Positions 21,257 through 31,966 of a stretch of 64,000 nucleotides of DNA are shown here, piece after piece; within the stretch, counting starts at the first letter, position 1, and each line of letters begins with the position of its first letter. A program made the translations under genes and the position numbers. The stretch is from a bacterium (GTDB lineage: Bacteria; Zhuqueibacterota; QNDG01; JAGLOF01), in the NCBI GenBank assembly GCA_016934955.1, contig JAFGRY010000040.1, positions 983 through 64,982 of the forward strand, read 5' to 3'. The notes under the pieces were generated by a model. The model did not search any database and was not told where the DNA came from. It was given only the letters and a program-made list of their open reading frames with translations.

Positions 21257-22591
21257 TCAATTGCTTTCGATCCCCGTGCCGTACTCACGATAGAGGTCCA
21301 CCGGTCCCTGAAGCAGTACGGCCAGTACGGTCACCTGTTCATCCAGAACACGCTCCGGCACATCGATATAGACCAGTCCGGGCACACTGGACCAGTACTG
21401 CTTCATCTTGATGTCCCAGGTAAGCTTTGTTCCGTTTCCCACCACCCAGATACGATTGATTTTGTTGCGGATCCCCTTGAGCACCAGCGGTCCGTTCGGT
21501 AAATGATGCAGATAGAGGTAGAGGATGGTGCTGTCCGGGGACAGGGCCGTCGGCCCGTAGAAATGACCGTGCGGGATGCCCGCCCTCACTCCATATACGG
21601 CCTCGGCGTGCTTGCTGGTCCAGCGCCCCGTTTCCTTGAGTATGGCGGCCTGCTCCGGAGGAATGGTGCCGTCTGCCCGGGGTCCGATGTCCAGCAGCAG
21701 ATTGCCGCCCATGCCGATACATTCGGTGAAAAGACGAATGATCTGATTCGGCGTCTTGTAGGTACGGTCGTTTGGCTGATACCCCCAGGAATCGTTCATG
21801 GTCATGCACAGCTCCCACCAGCGGTCCCTGGGCCGGCATACCGGCATTCCCTGTTCGGGAGTGGCATAGTCGCCGTATCCGTTCAGTCGGGAATTGACGA
21901 TCACATTCGGCACCAGACTGTTTATCAGCGCCCGCTGGTCGGCCGCCTGCCAGAGGTCGGCGCCGTAGTCCCAGTCACCGTCGAACCAGAGCAGGTCGGG
22001 CTGAAACATATGGCACAGCTCGCTCAGCTGGCGTTTCTGGAACGTCAGGAAACGGTTCCAGCGCCCGGGATCATCCAGGGGATCGTACCGCTTCTGTATA
22101 CGGGTGTGATGCGGGTAATCGGGATGAGACCAGTCCAGCTGGGAAAAATAGAGCCCCGTTTTCAGGCCCCGTTTCCTGAGCGCGCTGCAGAACGGCCCCA
22201 CCAGATCCCTGCCCGCGGGTGTCGCTTCCACGACGTTCAGGCCGCTCGCCTGCGTGGGCCAGAGCGCCACCCCGTCATGATGCTTCGTTGTCAGCACGGC
22301 ATATCTCGCGCCGCTCTCCCTGATGATATCCGCCCAGGCGTCGGGATCGTAATCCGCTGCCGTAAACCCCTGCAGCTGCTTCATATAGTCATCGTAGGAT
22401 ATATACCCGTTGTAGAACGACCAGGATTCATCGATGCCGTTGACCGCGTAAATGCCCCAGTGGATGAATACTCCCAGTTTGGCATCCTGAAACCACTGCA
22501 TTCTTCGCTCCCTGGCCGCAGCCGTCTCCTGGGCGGCGGCATGAAGCGTGCAGCAAACCAAGACGAAAATGGCGACATGTACCGTTCTCAT
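21257..22591 (-). CDS. GH29 alpha-L-fucosidase
   Basis: WFQDAKLGVFIHWG, LTTKHHDG, LLWFDG, WELCMTMNDSWGY and GGNLLLDIGP. Confidence 0.92.
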   Translation of the reverse strand: MRTVHVAIFVLVCCTLHAAAQETAAARERRMQWFQDAKLGVFIHWGIYAVNGIDESWSFYNGYISYDDYMKQLQGFTAADYDPDAWADIIRESGARYAVLTTKHHDGVALWPTQASGLNVVEATPAGRDLVGPFCSALRKRGLKTGLYFSQLDWSHPDYPHHTRIQKRYDPLDDPGRWNRFLTFQKRQLSELCHMFQPDLLWFDGDWDYGADLWQAADQRALINSLVPNVIVNSRLNGYGDYATPEQGMPVCRPRDRWWELCMTMNDSWGYQPNDRTYKTPNQIIRLFTECIGMGGNLLLDIGPRADGTIPPEQAAILKETGRWTSKHAEAVYGVRAGIPHGHFYGPTALSPDSTILYLYLHHLPNGPLVLKGIRNKINRIWVVGNGTKLTWDIKMKQYWSSVPGLVYIDVPERVLDEQVTVLAVLLQGPVDLYREYGTGIESN

Positions 22592-22866
22592 GGACACTCC
22601 TGAAGCGGTGACTGAACCGGGGACGGAAAGCTGCTGACTGCACGATGCTGCGTATACATAAAATACAAAAAACCTGAAGAATTACAAGCGGAAATCCGTT
22701 ATTTCAGCCAAACGGCGGCGCGGCAGAGCGGGTATTGACCGGGATCTCCTTGTTTTTTTCTCATGGAATCGCTACCATAGAACTCATTCGTCACGAAACA
22801 TCGATCACCTTCGGCACGTACATAGGGAAGGTACGTTCAGTCACATCCTCGCATAAGGAGAAACCG

Positions 22867-23793
22867 GTGTCTGTAACAGTTGAAAATCTGACGGTCAGGT
22901 ACGGCCGCCTCACAGCGGTCGACGGGCTTTCCGTCGTGTTCCCGCCCGGATCGACCGGTCTGCTCGGCCCCAACGGCGCCGGGAAATCGAGTCTGATCAA
23001 AGCGCTGCTCAGCCTGGTTACCGTCGAGTCCGGCACGGCAGCCATATTCGGCAGAGATGTTATCAGTGAAAAAAAAGCGATACGCCAGATTGTCGGGTAT
23101 ATGCCTGAAGATGACTGCCTTATCCCCGGGCTGACCGGCATCGGTATGGTGCAGTACGCCGGCGAGCTCTGCGGCATGAATCGCCGGGACGCCATGCAGC
23201 GCGCCCACGAGGTGCTCTTCATGACCGGACTCGAAGAAGCGCGCTACCGCAAGGTTGAAACCTACTCTTCAGGCATGAAGCAGCGCATCAAGCTCGCTCA
23301 GGCCATTGTGCACGATCCGAAACTGCTCTTCCTCGATGAACCGACCAGCGGTATGGATCCCCGCGGCCGCCAGGAAATGCTCGACCTCATCCGGACCATC
23401 GCGTCAGGCGGCAGCATGAGCATCATCGTGGCGACCCATATTCTCATCGACGTGGAACGGACCTGTGAGCGGGCCGTGATCATGCACCGGGGCACAATCA
23501 GGAAGCAGGAGAATATCCAGGACCTTCAGGGCCGCTATTCCGGCACCTTTTCCGTACGGGTGGAGGGCGACCGGGCCGCCTTTGAGTCATTCCTCAAAGA
23601 ACACGGGTGTGACATCATCCCCGATGGACAGCACCTGATCGACGTCACGCTGCCGGAGGGCGCGGACACCGATCTGATCTTCACAGCCGCACAGCGGAAG
23701 AACGCCCTGCTCCGCCGCCTTGTCCCCAGCGTGCAGAGCCTCGAGGATGTATTCGTTAAATTGATAAAAGAGGATTCCCATGCCGATCTATGA
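22867..23793 (+). CDS. ABC transporter ATP-binding protein
   Basis: GTG start after AAGGAG; GPNGAGKS, YSSGMKQR, LFLDEP. Confidence 0.9.
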   Translation: MSVTVENLTVRYGRLTAVDGLSVVFPPGSTGLLGPNGAGKSSLIKALLSLVTVESGTAAIFGRDVISEKKAIRQIVGYMPEDDCLIPGLTGIGMVQYAGELCGMNRRDAMQRAHEVLFMTGLEEARYRKVETYSSGMKQRIKLAQAIVHDPKLLFLDEPTSGMDPRGRQEMLDLIRTIASGGSMSIIVATHILIDVERTCERAVIMHRGTIRKQENIQDLQGRYSGTFSVRVEGDRAAFESFLKEHGCDIIPDGQHLIDVTLPEGADTDLIFTAAQRKNALLRRLVPSVQSLEDVFVKLIKEDSHADL

Positions 23794-24631
23794 AGAAACC
23801 TATGAATCCTGGCAGGGGCGCCCTGAAAGCCGCCCCAACACCTGGTGGGTTATCGGAAAAACCGGCAGCCGCCTGCTCTGGACCAAGGGTATGATCTTTT
23901 TCCTGTTTCTCTCATTGATACCTTTTTTCGTGAGGGCCGTCCAGATATATATCGTCACGAAAATCGGCAGCAACGCGGCCGTGCTGGCCGAGGCTGTTCC
24001 CGATTTTCAGATAAATCCCGGGTTCTTTCTCGGTTTTCTCCAGGGCCAGATGATCTACCTGATGCTGATCCTCGTCTTCGCCGGAACGGGACTGATCGCA
24101 AAAGATAAAAAATTCAATGCGTTCTCACTCTATTTTTCCAAGCCGGTAAACCTCGCTGATTACCTGGGAGGTAAATTTCTGATCATCGCCGTCTACGGCT
24201 CCCTGATCACGATATTGCCCGGATGTCTGCTCTTCATCCTGCGGCTGCTCTTCGCACAGGATTCACTGTTTTTCAAGACCTACTACTGGCTGCCGCTCTC
24301 CATGCTCGGCAGCGTCATGATCATTCTCATCTGTCTCGGCCTCCTGGCCCTCGCCTGTTCGGCCCTGGCCAAAGGATTCCGTTCAGCGGCGATCCTCTTT
24401 TTCGGGATCATCACTTTTCCGGAAATGGTGAGAGTCATTTTCCCTGGCATCCGTCTCATCAGGCTGCTTTCGATACAGGCGAACCTGAGGCAGGTAACCG
24501 CTTATCTCTTCGCGCTTGAAAAACCCTATGAATCGGCCGGCTGGCTCTCGGCCCTGATGCTGGTACTGACCGTCGCGGGCTCGCTGCTCATCCTCAAGTG
24601 GAAAGTAAAACCGGTGGAGGTGATCGCATGA
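23780..24631 (+). CDS. ABC-2 type transporter permease
   Basis: About 6 TM helices, LYFSKPV...YLGGK; overlaps the flanking ATPase genes. Confidence 0.8.
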   Translation: MPIYEETYESWQGRPESRPNTWWVIGKTGSRLLWTKGMIFFLFLSLIPFFVRAVQIYIVTKIGSNAAVLAEAVPDFQINPGFFLGFLQGQMIYLMLILVFAGTGLIAKDKKFNAFSLYFSKPVNLADYLGGKFLIIAVYGSLITILPGCLLFILRLLFAQDSLFFKTYYWLPLSMLGSVMIILICLGLLALACSALAKGFRSAAILFFGIITFPEMVRVIFPGIRLIRLLSIQANLRQVTAYLFALEKPYESAGWLSALMLVLTVAGSLLILKWKVKPVEVIA

Positions 24632-25545
24632 GCATAGAAGCCCGGAACCTCTCAAAATGGTACGGACAGGTGATCGGTGTCAACAACCTGAATTTCACCA
24701 TCGGGCCCGGCGTCACCGGGTTCCTCGGCCCCAACGGCGCCGGTAAAACCACAATGATCAGGCTGCTCACTGGACAGCTCAAACCGAGCAAAGGCGATGC
24801 GGTCATCGACAGCGGGCCGGTATGGAACAACCATCACATAAACCGCCGTATCGGCTACTGTCCCGAGGCGGACGCGTTCTGGTCATACCTCACCGGGACA
24901 GCATTCGTCGAATCCCTGATGCGCATTCACGGACTGACGGCCTCCGAAGCCCGCGACAGGGCCCTGAACGCCATCACGCTCACAGGCATGGAAGGCGCCC
25001 GCGATAAACGGATCGGCGGCTACAGCAAGGGCATGCGGCAGCGGATAAAACTGGCCCAGGCCATCGCCCACGATCCCGACATCCTTTTCCTGGATGAACC
25101 GCTCAACGGCATGGATCCCATCGGGAGAAAGACAGCGATCGATCTTATCAAGCAACTGGGTAATGAAGGAAAGACGGTGGTCGTGTCCAGCCATATCCTC
25201 CATGAAGTGGAAGAGATGACGGACACCATTCTCCTGATAAATCACGGCCGGCTGCTGGCGCAGGGAAATATTTACGAGATCCGGGCCCTGATCGATAAAC
25301 ACCCGCTGCAGGTCACCATCAGCTGCAGCGATGTCAGCCGGCTTACCGCCCGGCTCATGGACTTTGATGATATTCAAAGCATTCAGTTCGACAGAGACCG
25401 CAGCCAGCTGACGGTCGAGACCACCAGTCCCGAGGAGTTCCACCGCAGGCTGCCCGGCCTGGTGCTGCAGAACAATATCAAAATTCAGTCCATGTGGTCC
25501 CCTGATGAAAATCTCGAAGCAGTTTTCGACTACCTGGTGAGGTGA
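24628..25545 (+). CDS. ABC transporter ATP-binding protein
   Basis: GPNGAGKT, YSKGMRQR, LFLDEP, SSH. Confidence 0.9.
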   Translation: MSIEARNLSKWYGQVIGVNNLNFTIGPGVTGFLGPNGAGKTTMIRLLTGQLKPSKGDAVIDSGPVWNNHHINRRIGYCPEADAFWSYLTGTAFVESLMRIHGLTASEARDRALNAITLTGMEGARDKRIGGYSKGMRQRIKLAQAIAHDPDILFLDEPLNGMDPIGRKTAIDLIKQLGNEGKTVVVSSHILHEVEEMTDTILLINHGRLLAQGNIYEIRALIDKHPLQVTISCSDVSRLTARLMDFDDIQSIQFDRDRSQLTVETTSPEEFHRRLPGLVLQNNIKIQSMWSPDENLEAVFDYLVR

Positions 25546-25549
25546 GCGT

Positions 25550-26350
25550 ATGCACTATTTGATAACATTTTTTATAAAGAACGGGTTCTCCAGCAAACGC
25601 ACCTACTGGCTCGCCGCCCTCGCCCTCATCCCTCCGGCGGTCACTCTGCTGCTCTGGGTGCTGAAGCCCCATATCGACGGCGGGGAAACGGCGCTTTCAC
25701 TGTACCGGTTTTTCCCCCAGATCAACTATCATCTCTACCTGCATTTTCTCCTGCCGCTGATCACCGTATTCATGGGTACCGCGGTGCTCAGGGACGAAGT
25801 GGAAGACCGGACGCTCGCCTATCTGATCACCCGGCCCGTTCCCCGCTGGACCATTACTGCAGCCAAGATGGCTGCCGGTATTGTCACCGCGGCCCTGCTG
25901 CTTTTTTTCTCGCTCTTCCTTACCTGGCTGATCATTCTTTTCGATGCCGGATTCGACCAGTGGTCGCGGAACACGGTACAGATTTTTCAGAGCGCGGGGG
26001 TCATTCTGCTCGGCCTCTTTGTCTACATTCCGCTTTTCACCTTCTTCGGCGGTTTGTTCAAACGGCCGGTTCTCGCGGGTCTTTTCTTCACGTTCATCTG
26101 GGAAAACACCGTTTCCGTGTTCCCGGGTAATGTCAAGCTGCTGACCGTCGCGAATTACCTGCATGTGCTCTCTCCCCCCCTGCAGAAAATCGACACCGGT
26201 CTTCGTTCCAGCATTTTTAATATGATCATGCCCGGCCAGAGCATATCTGATGCAACCGCCGTTCTGGTGCTCTTTATCTGCATGGCGCTTTTTTCCGCCG
26301 CTTCCACGGGGATCCTTTACATCAGGGAATACCGGCTTGATCAGGATTGA
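25550..26350 (+). CDS. ABC-2 type transporter permease
   Basis: Multi-TM protein with DEVEDRTLAYLITRPVPR. Confidence 0.82.
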   Translation: MHYLITFFIKNGFSSKRTYWLAALALIPPAVTLLLWVLKPHIDGGETALSLYRFFPQINYHLYLHFLLPLITVFMGTAVLRDEVEDRTLAYLITRPVPRWTITAAKMAAGIVTAALLLFFSLFLTWLIILFDAGFDQWSRNTVQIFQSAGVILLGLFVYIPLFTFFGGLFKRPVLAGLFFTFIWENTVSVFPGNVKLLTVANYLHVLSPPLQKIDTGLRSSIFNMIMPGQSISDATAVLVLFICMALFSAASTGILYIREYRLDQD

Positions 26351-26421
26351 TACCTTTCACATCCCGGCCGGCGGCTTCCATACCGGCGCCTTGCCGGCAA
26401 CCCCGCATTGTGGAGACAGGA

Positions 26422-28794
26422 ATGAAAAAACTGACAGTACCGCTGCTGCTGCTCTTCAGCACTGCGCTCGCGGCCCAGCACATTGCCGAGGGCGTCATCT
26501 ATGACATGGAGACCGGGAAGCCCCTTCCCTATGCCAACATTCAGATCGTCGGCACCTATAAAGGGACAATAAGCAACGATAACGGACGCTTCCGGCTTCC
26601 TCTGGAGACGCTGCCGGCAGAGCTGCTGATCAGATATATCGGCTATGAATCGCGCACCGTCGAAGTCACTCCGTCATCGCTGCGGCTGGATATCGCGATG
26701 GTGCCGACCCCTGTGGAGCTGCGGGAGGTAGTGGTGACCGCCGAAGACCCCGCGGTCGGCATCATGCGGAAAGTCATTGAAAACAAGCAGCGCTGGCGGG
26801 CCCTCATCACGACCTACAGGGCTTCGGCCTACACCCGGGCCGCCCTTAAAAACGACACATCCATTGTGTCCATATCCGAGAGCACCTCCGAGGTCTACTG
26901 GCACCGGGACCGGGGATCCAGGGAAGTGGTGACATCACGGCAGGAGACGTCCAACATCTCTTCAGACAACAACTTCGCTTTTGCCGGCCAGATTCCCAAT
27001 CTCTATGACGACGATATCGACCTGATGGAATTCGACATCGTCGGGCCCACGCATCCGAAGGCCCTGAACTACTACCGTTTTTCAATAATCGGCCAGCGCC
27101 GCATCGATGATAAAACCGTGGTGGATATCGCAATCGCGCCGAAAAACAAGCTGCAGCCGACCTTTGTCGGCCGTATTTCCATTCTGCTGGACGACTACGC
27201 CCTCATAGACATTGACGTCACCCCCAACCGGGCCATGCTTTTTCCCCCGCCGATCCAGGAGCTGAACCTCCATTTCCGGCAGCAGTACTCCAATTTCGGC
27301 GGTGATTTCTGGCTTCCGGTCGATATGCGCATTCAGGGCGGAATCAAAATCGGATTCACCGGTCTGCAGTTCCCGACAATGCATTACAGCCAGATTTCCC
27401 GCCTCACCGATTATGAGATCAATGTACCCATGCCCGACAGCCTCTATGCATTCGGCGATGCGATCCAGATCGACTCCCTCTCCACCGCCGCCGACACGCT
27501 CAGGGCCGACACCACACCCCGCATTCCCCTGACACCGGAAGAAGAAAAGGCCTATGCGACGCTGGACAGCACCATGACCCTTGAGAAAGCCTTCCGGCCG
27601 ACCGGCTTCCTGGCAAAAATGGCCCGCCTCGATGTCGAGCGGGAAGGATCGTCCGACGGCAACGGGGGAGACGGCCCCGACGCTTTCAGCATGTTCTCGC
27701 TGTTTCGGCCGGAACTTCTCTACAACCGGGTGGACGGTCTTCGCGCCGGAATCTCCATCGCCAGGGATATTCCCGGCAATCTCTCGGTCCGCCTCATGTC
27801 GGCCTACAGCAGCGGGCTGAAACGGTGGGCCTGGAAAGGAGAACTTTCCTACAACAGAGACAGAAGCAGGGGCTTCCGGGCGGGCATCACCTGGAGCAGG
27901 GGATCAGAAACTGTACAGAGGTCGCTCAATTATCCCCGGCTGTTCAATTCCCTCAATTTTCTCTGCGGACAGCCCGATTATTTCGATTACTACTGGAGTG
28001 AGGCCTGGAACCTCACCGTCGGATACGCATTCAGGCTGAAGACACAGGTGCACCTGGAAGCGGGACTGCGCAGGGAACGCGGGGAGTCCCTGTCAAAAAC
28101 AACCGAATGGACGCTCTTTGACAACGATCGTCTGCACCGGGAGAATCCCGCAATCGACGAGGGGACCACTTCCGGCCTCACCGCCGCGGTCACTCTTGGT
28201 GATGGATTCGCTCCCTGGGGATTTATTGGATTCAACAGGATGAGAGTGGAGGTCGAATACGCGCATCCGGATCTCATGGGCTCGGACGCTGCCTTCACCA
28301 GCTGGAACCTGGTGCTCGACGGCCGCATTCCCACATTTCTGCCCCGCCGTTTCCTGCCCAATGTGATCGATTTCCGCATCATCGGGGGCACGGTCACCGG
28401 CGATCCGCCCCTGCAGCGGCTGGGAAGCATGGACGCGCGCCTGGGGATATTCACCCCTTACGGCACCTTTCGCGCCATCAGGCACAGACCGGTGACCGGC
28501 AGGTCATACGCGGGAATGTTCTGGGAACACAATTTCCGGACGGTTCCGTTCGAAATCCTGGGGTTGCGGAAACTGGCGGAAAAGGGGGTCTCATTGCTCA
28601 TTCACGGAGCCTCCGGCCGCACCTGGATACCGGAGGAGGATCTCGCCCGCTTCGACTGGAACGGGCTGAACGGGTGGCACCATGAAATCGGCGTTTCCCT
28701 GAGCGGATTGTTCGATCTGTTCAGAATCGACTGCACCTGGCCCCTCAGCGGGAACGGCGTCTATTTCGGTCTCAGCGGATCCCGGATGTTCTAG
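26422..28794 (+). CDS. Carboxypeptidase-regulatory-like domain plus DUF5686-like outer-membrane protein
   Basis: Signal peptide; GVIYDMETGKPLPYANI...YIGYE; YNRVDGL; beta-strand-rich C-terminal half ending in Phe. Confidence 0.72.
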   Translation: MKKLTVPLLLLFSTALAAQHIAEGVIYDMETGKPLPYANIQIVGTYKGTISNDNGRFRLPLETLPAELLIRYIGYESRTVEVTPSSLRLDIAMVPTPVELREVVVTAEDPAVGIMRKVIENKQRWRALITTYRASAYTRAALKNDTSIVSISESTSEVYWHRDRGSREVVTSRQETSNISSDNNFAFAGQIPNLYDDDIDLMEFDIVGPTHPKALNYYRFSIIGQRRIDDKTVVDIAIAPKNKLQPTFVGRISILLDDYALIDIDVTPNRAMLFPPPIQELNLHFRQQYSNFGGDFWLPVDMRIQGGIKIGFTGLQFPTMHYSQISRLTDYEINVPMPDSLYAFGDAIQIDSLSTAADTLRADTTPRIPLTPEEEKAYATLDSTMTLEKAFRPTGFLAKMARLDVEREGSSDGNGGDGPDAFSMFSLFRPELLYNRVDGLRAGISIARDIPGNLSVRLMSAYSSGLKRWAWKGELSYNRDRSRGFRAGITWSRGSETVQRSLNYPRLFNSLNFLCGQPDYFDYYWSEAWNLTVGYAFRLKTQVHLEAGLRRERGESLSKTTEWTLFDNDRLHRENPAIDEGTTSGLTAAVTLGDGFAPWGFIGFNRMRVEVEYAHPDLMGSDAAFTSWNLVLDGRIPTFLPRRFLPNVIDFRIIGGTVTGDPPLQRLGSMDARLGIFTPYGTFRAIRHRPVTGRSYAGMFWEHNFRTVPFEILGLRKLAEKGVSLLIHGASGRTWIPEEDLARFDWNGLNGWHHEIGVSLSGLFDLFRIDCTWPLSGNGVYFGLSGSRMF

Positions 28795-28837
28795 ACGGAG
28801 CCGCACGTCCCCGCCCTGACGATCCGGGCACAGCCAT

Positions 28838-29986
28838 CTACGTCGCGATTCGCTTCAGTTCCTGATCGGTCGGTTCCTCCACCGCGATCAGGAACATGCT
28901 GTCGCCGGCCTTGAAACGGTAATCACCGGGATACTCTTTCTCCTGCGGATTGATGATCAGGCGTTCCTTCTTTTTCATCACCGGCGTGCCGGCGCTGTCG
29001 AAAATCGGCTGCCCCTCCTCGTCATACCGCTGCACGTCCTCTTCCGTTTCCGCGGCGATCAGAATGATCTTCTCGTCCATGAGACGTTTGGCGACATCTC
29101 TGAAGGTCATACCGGCCGCGTGCGCCGGAATCTTCTTTTTATAGAACTCGCTTCCCCCGGAAAATTCGAGCAGCTCGCTCAGCACCGACGACAGCCCGTG
29201 GTTCAGGGCGGAGGAGACCAGCAGATTGCCGCTCAGCCGGTCAAGGCAGATGTACTCGTCCACATTGGCGTGTTCGAGATGCTTTTTATATTCCGAAGAG
29301 AACAGCTGCACACAGGTATAGACATCCCTGCGCAGCGTTTCCACCGCCAGGGTCATGAGCACCGCCTGGGCGTCGGGGTTGACACCGTTCTCCGGATCAT
29401 GGGAAAATTCGGTGAGGATGATCACCGTGTCCGCGGTCATGATGCCGGCCCTGCGCAGATCATCTTCCTTTGTGGGATCGCCTGAGATGAAATCGACCCT
29501 GTCATCCACATCGGGACGCCGGGAGAGATTCGCCAGGATCACCACCGGCCGGCTTCTGGCGATATCCGGAGACAGGAGCTGATTGACAATGTTATTCCCC
29601 TGTATATTCCAGCCGCAGATGATAATGTGGTGTTTATGTCTGACGCGTGTCATGATTCTGCCTCCCCTGTAGGAAAAATTGACAAACCAGGTGACCAGGC
29701 TGGCCCCGACGATGGCGATAAATGCCACGCCCGCAAAAAGTCCCACGGCGCTGACGAGTCGCGCCAGAGGGGTCTGTTCCTCGATACGCCCCAGTTCTCC
29801 GAACAGCAGCGGCAGCATCTCGAAAAACGCCTGGCCCAGGCTTTTCTCGCTCTCGAAGACGAGAGTGACACTGCAGATCAGCAGCAGCGTCACCGATATG
29901 GCCACCGCCGAAAGCACCGGATGCCGGTAGATGCCGCTGAGCATGTGTTTCAGATGCAGTGTTGTCCGTCCGTTTCTGTATCGCAT
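28838..29986 (-). CDS. 2-TM ion channel-like protein with RCK (TrkA-N) domain and atypical pore loop
   Basis: TM-pore-TM followed by HIIICGWN, FISGDPTKEDDLRRAGI and DAQAVL; no TVGYGD. Confidence 0.78.
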   Translation of the reverse strand: MRYRNGRTTLHLKHMLSGIYRHPVLSAVAISVTLLLICSVTLVFESEKSLGQAFFEMLPLLFGELGRIEEQTPLARLVSAVGLFAGVAFIAIVGASLVTWFVNFSYRGGRIMTRVRHKHHIIICGWNIQGNNIVNQLLSPDIARSRPVVILANLSRRPDVDDRVDFISGDPTKEDDLRRAGIMTADTVIILTEFSHDPENGVNPDAQAVLMTLAVETLRRDVYTCVQLFSSEYKKHLEHANVDEYICLDRLSGNLLVSSALNHGLSSVLSELLEFSGGSEFYKKKIPAHAAGMTFRDVAKRLMDEKIILIAAETEEDVQRYDEEGQPIFDSAGTPVMKKKERLIINPQEKEYPGDYRFKAGDSMFLIAVEEPTDQELKRIAT

Positions 29987-30035
29987 ATCCGTATTCCCTG
30001 ATTAGTGGACATGGAACGTAATCGGCAGTTCCCGC

Positions 30036-30770
30036 TCAGCCCGAACCGGGCGGACACGGCTGCCGCAGGTTCTGCCCGCCGTCGACGGAAATGATCTGGC
30101 CGGTGATGTCCCGGTTCCTGATGAGAAAGAGCACGGTGTTGAGCAGGCCCTCGAGGCTGACAATCGTTTTCATGGGATTGGCTCGTATGGGATCGAGGGG
30201 AATCTCGGGATTGTCGCCCGGGGGCAGAACCGCACCGGGGGCGATGCCGTTGACACGGAAGCCGGGAGCGCAGGCGAGAGCCGCCATCCGGGTCATCTCG
30301 GCCAGGGCCTTTTTGCTCAGCGAATAGGAGAAACGGCTGATGTCATTGTATACGATGTTCGTGTCGATGATATTGATAACAAGCCCGCTCCCGGCCGTGC
30401 GTGTAAATTCCTGGATGAGGCGCAGGGGTGAAAACAGATGAATGGTGAAGGCGGCCTGCATATCACCGGGCCCGGCGGAATGAATCGTGTCGGCTGAAAA
30501 CAGTGACGCCGAATTGATGATCAGCGCCAGATCGGGGAAGGCGGTGCGGACAGCGGCGAAGAGCGGTATCACCTGCGCGCTGTCTGAAAGATCGGCCTGA
30601 AAGAGCTCACAGCGGCGCCCCTTCTGAACTATCTCCGCCCTGACCTCGTGCGCGGCCGCATCGGACCGGTAATAGTGCAGTGCAATATCCCAGCCGTTGT
30701 CAGCCAGCCCCAGGGCCAGAGACTTGCCGATCCGCCGGGCCGCTCCCGTGATAAGTGCCTGCTGTGCCAT
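30036..30770 (-). CDS. SDR oxidoreductase, pteridine reductase (PTR1/FolM)-like
   Basis: TGAARRIG, IALHY, INSAS, YSLSK, RVNGIAPG and VDGG. Confidence 0.82.
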   Translation of the reverse strand: MAQQALITGAARRIGKSLALGLADNGWDIALHYYRSDAAAHEVRAEIVQKGRRCELFQADLSDSAQVIPLFAAVRTAFPDLALIINSASLFSADTIHSAGPGDMQAAFTIHLFSPLRLIQEFTRTAGSGLVINIIDTNIVYNDISRFSYSLSKKALAEMTRMAALACAPGFRVNGIAPGAVLPPGDNPEIPLDPIRANPMKTIVSLEGLLNTVLFLIRNRDITGQIISVDGGQNLRQPCPPGSG

Positions 30771-30952
30771 CGAGTGTTCCGGGATAAGTGAATTGAGAGT
30801 GCAAAATCGATACTAATGTAAAAATAACGGCAGTGGAATGCAAGCGGGATTTGCCTTGCCCGCCTCTGCAGCGGCAGGCTCGTTCCCGAAGCATGCCTTG
30901 CCGACAGCAAGACAGGCTTCGTCGCCGTGTTTCATAAAGGGAGACGCGAACC

Positions 30953-30981
30953 CGCAAGTTACTCGCGCCAACGGCGTCTAA
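30953..30981 (+). promoter_or_regulatory. Possible ECF-type promoter of the sigma/Spy operon
   Basis: CGCAAG-N16-CGTCTA about 40 nt upstream of the sigma start; the CGT-containing -10 is typical of ECF promoters. Confidence 0.4.
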
Positions 30982-31018
30982 CAGGCTAACAAGAGAGGTC
31001 ACCGGGGAGTTCGAATCA

Positions 31019-31567
31019 ATGCACGCTGAAACAGCTGATTTCCGGTCCATTGTCGAAGCGCATCAGGACCGGGTGCTCAATATCTGTTACAAATTTCTTC
31101 ACAACCGTGAGGATGCCGAGGACACAGCCCAGGAAGTGTTCATGGAAGTGTTCCGCTCACACGCACAGTTCAGGGGGGAGGCGGAGCTGTCGACCTGGAT
31201 CCACCGGATTGCCGTCACAAAAAGCCTCGATCTCATAAGGAAACGAAAACGGAAAAAACGGCTCGGTTCGGTAAAATCGATCATCAGTATCGGGGAAGGC
31301 CGGGTCGAACCGACAGGACCGCCGACATACCGGCCGGATACGGCGGTTGAAGACGAAGAGTACAGGCAGATCCTTTACCGGGCCATCGACCGGCTACCGG
31401 AAACCCAGAAGATCGCCCTCACCCTGAGCCGGATCGAAGGCTTCAGCTATAAAGAGACGGCGGCGATCATGGAAACATCGCTGGGGAGCGTCGAATCGCT
31501 GGTATTCAGGGCGAAAAAAAACCTGAGAACCAGTCTGTCGCGGACATTCAGCGGCCGTATCGACTGA
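31019..31567 (+). CDS. ECF RNA polymerase sigma-70 factor
   Basis: DAEDTAQEVF, STWIHRIA and SYKETA...GSVESLVFRAKKNL. Confidence 0.92.
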   Translation: MHAETADFRSIVEAHQDRVLNICYKFLHNREDAEDTAQEVFMEVFRSHAQFRGEAELSTWIHRIAVTKSLDLIRKRKRKKRLGSVKSIISIGEGRVEPTGPPTYRPDTAVEDEEYRQILYRAIDRLPETQKIALTLSRIEGFSYKETAAIMETSLGSVESLVFRAKKNLRTSLSRTFSGRID

Positions 31568-31628
31568 GAACGCACGTTTTTCCAGGCACTGCCGTCAAAT
31601 ATGACGAATGAACAAAGGAGAATCGATC

Positions 31629-31964
31629 ATGTCCGAAGAGGACCGAATCAAAGAGAGAGTCGAAAAAACCATGCGACTCATGGAAACAGAGGAGCGGCTG
31701 AAGGCCGACCCCTGGTTCTTCACCCGGCTGCAGGCGCGAATCAGCGCCCGGAACGCGGAGCTGCTGTCCCCGGTCCGGCAGGGCGGCCGCTGGCGGCCTG
31801 TGGTACTTGCTGCGCTTGCCGGCGTCAATATCACAATCGCCGCTCTCTGGACCTTCGGCAATGCTGAAACCCGACATAAAGAGACAGCCATGGCCTACCT
31901 GGCCCGGGACTACGGACTCACCGGTGAAGCAGGTGACTGGCTGTATAACACCATAGGAGAATAA
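31629..31964 (+). CDS. Putative single-TM anti-sigma factor
   Basis: Directly follows the ECF gene; AAGGAG RBS; DPWFFTRLQARI followed by one TM helix. Confidence 0.6.
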   Translation: MSEEDRIKERVEKTMRLMETEERLKADPWFFTRLQARISARNAELLSPVRQGGRWRPVVLAALAGVNITIAALWTFGNAETRHKETAMAYLARDYGLTGEAGDWLYNTIGE

Positions 31965-31966
31965 GC

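Noticed and set aside
30835-30935. Imperfect GC-rich palindromes upstream of the ECF sigma
   Set aside because: Possibly degenerate REP-like remnants, but only one copy in the window and weak pairing.
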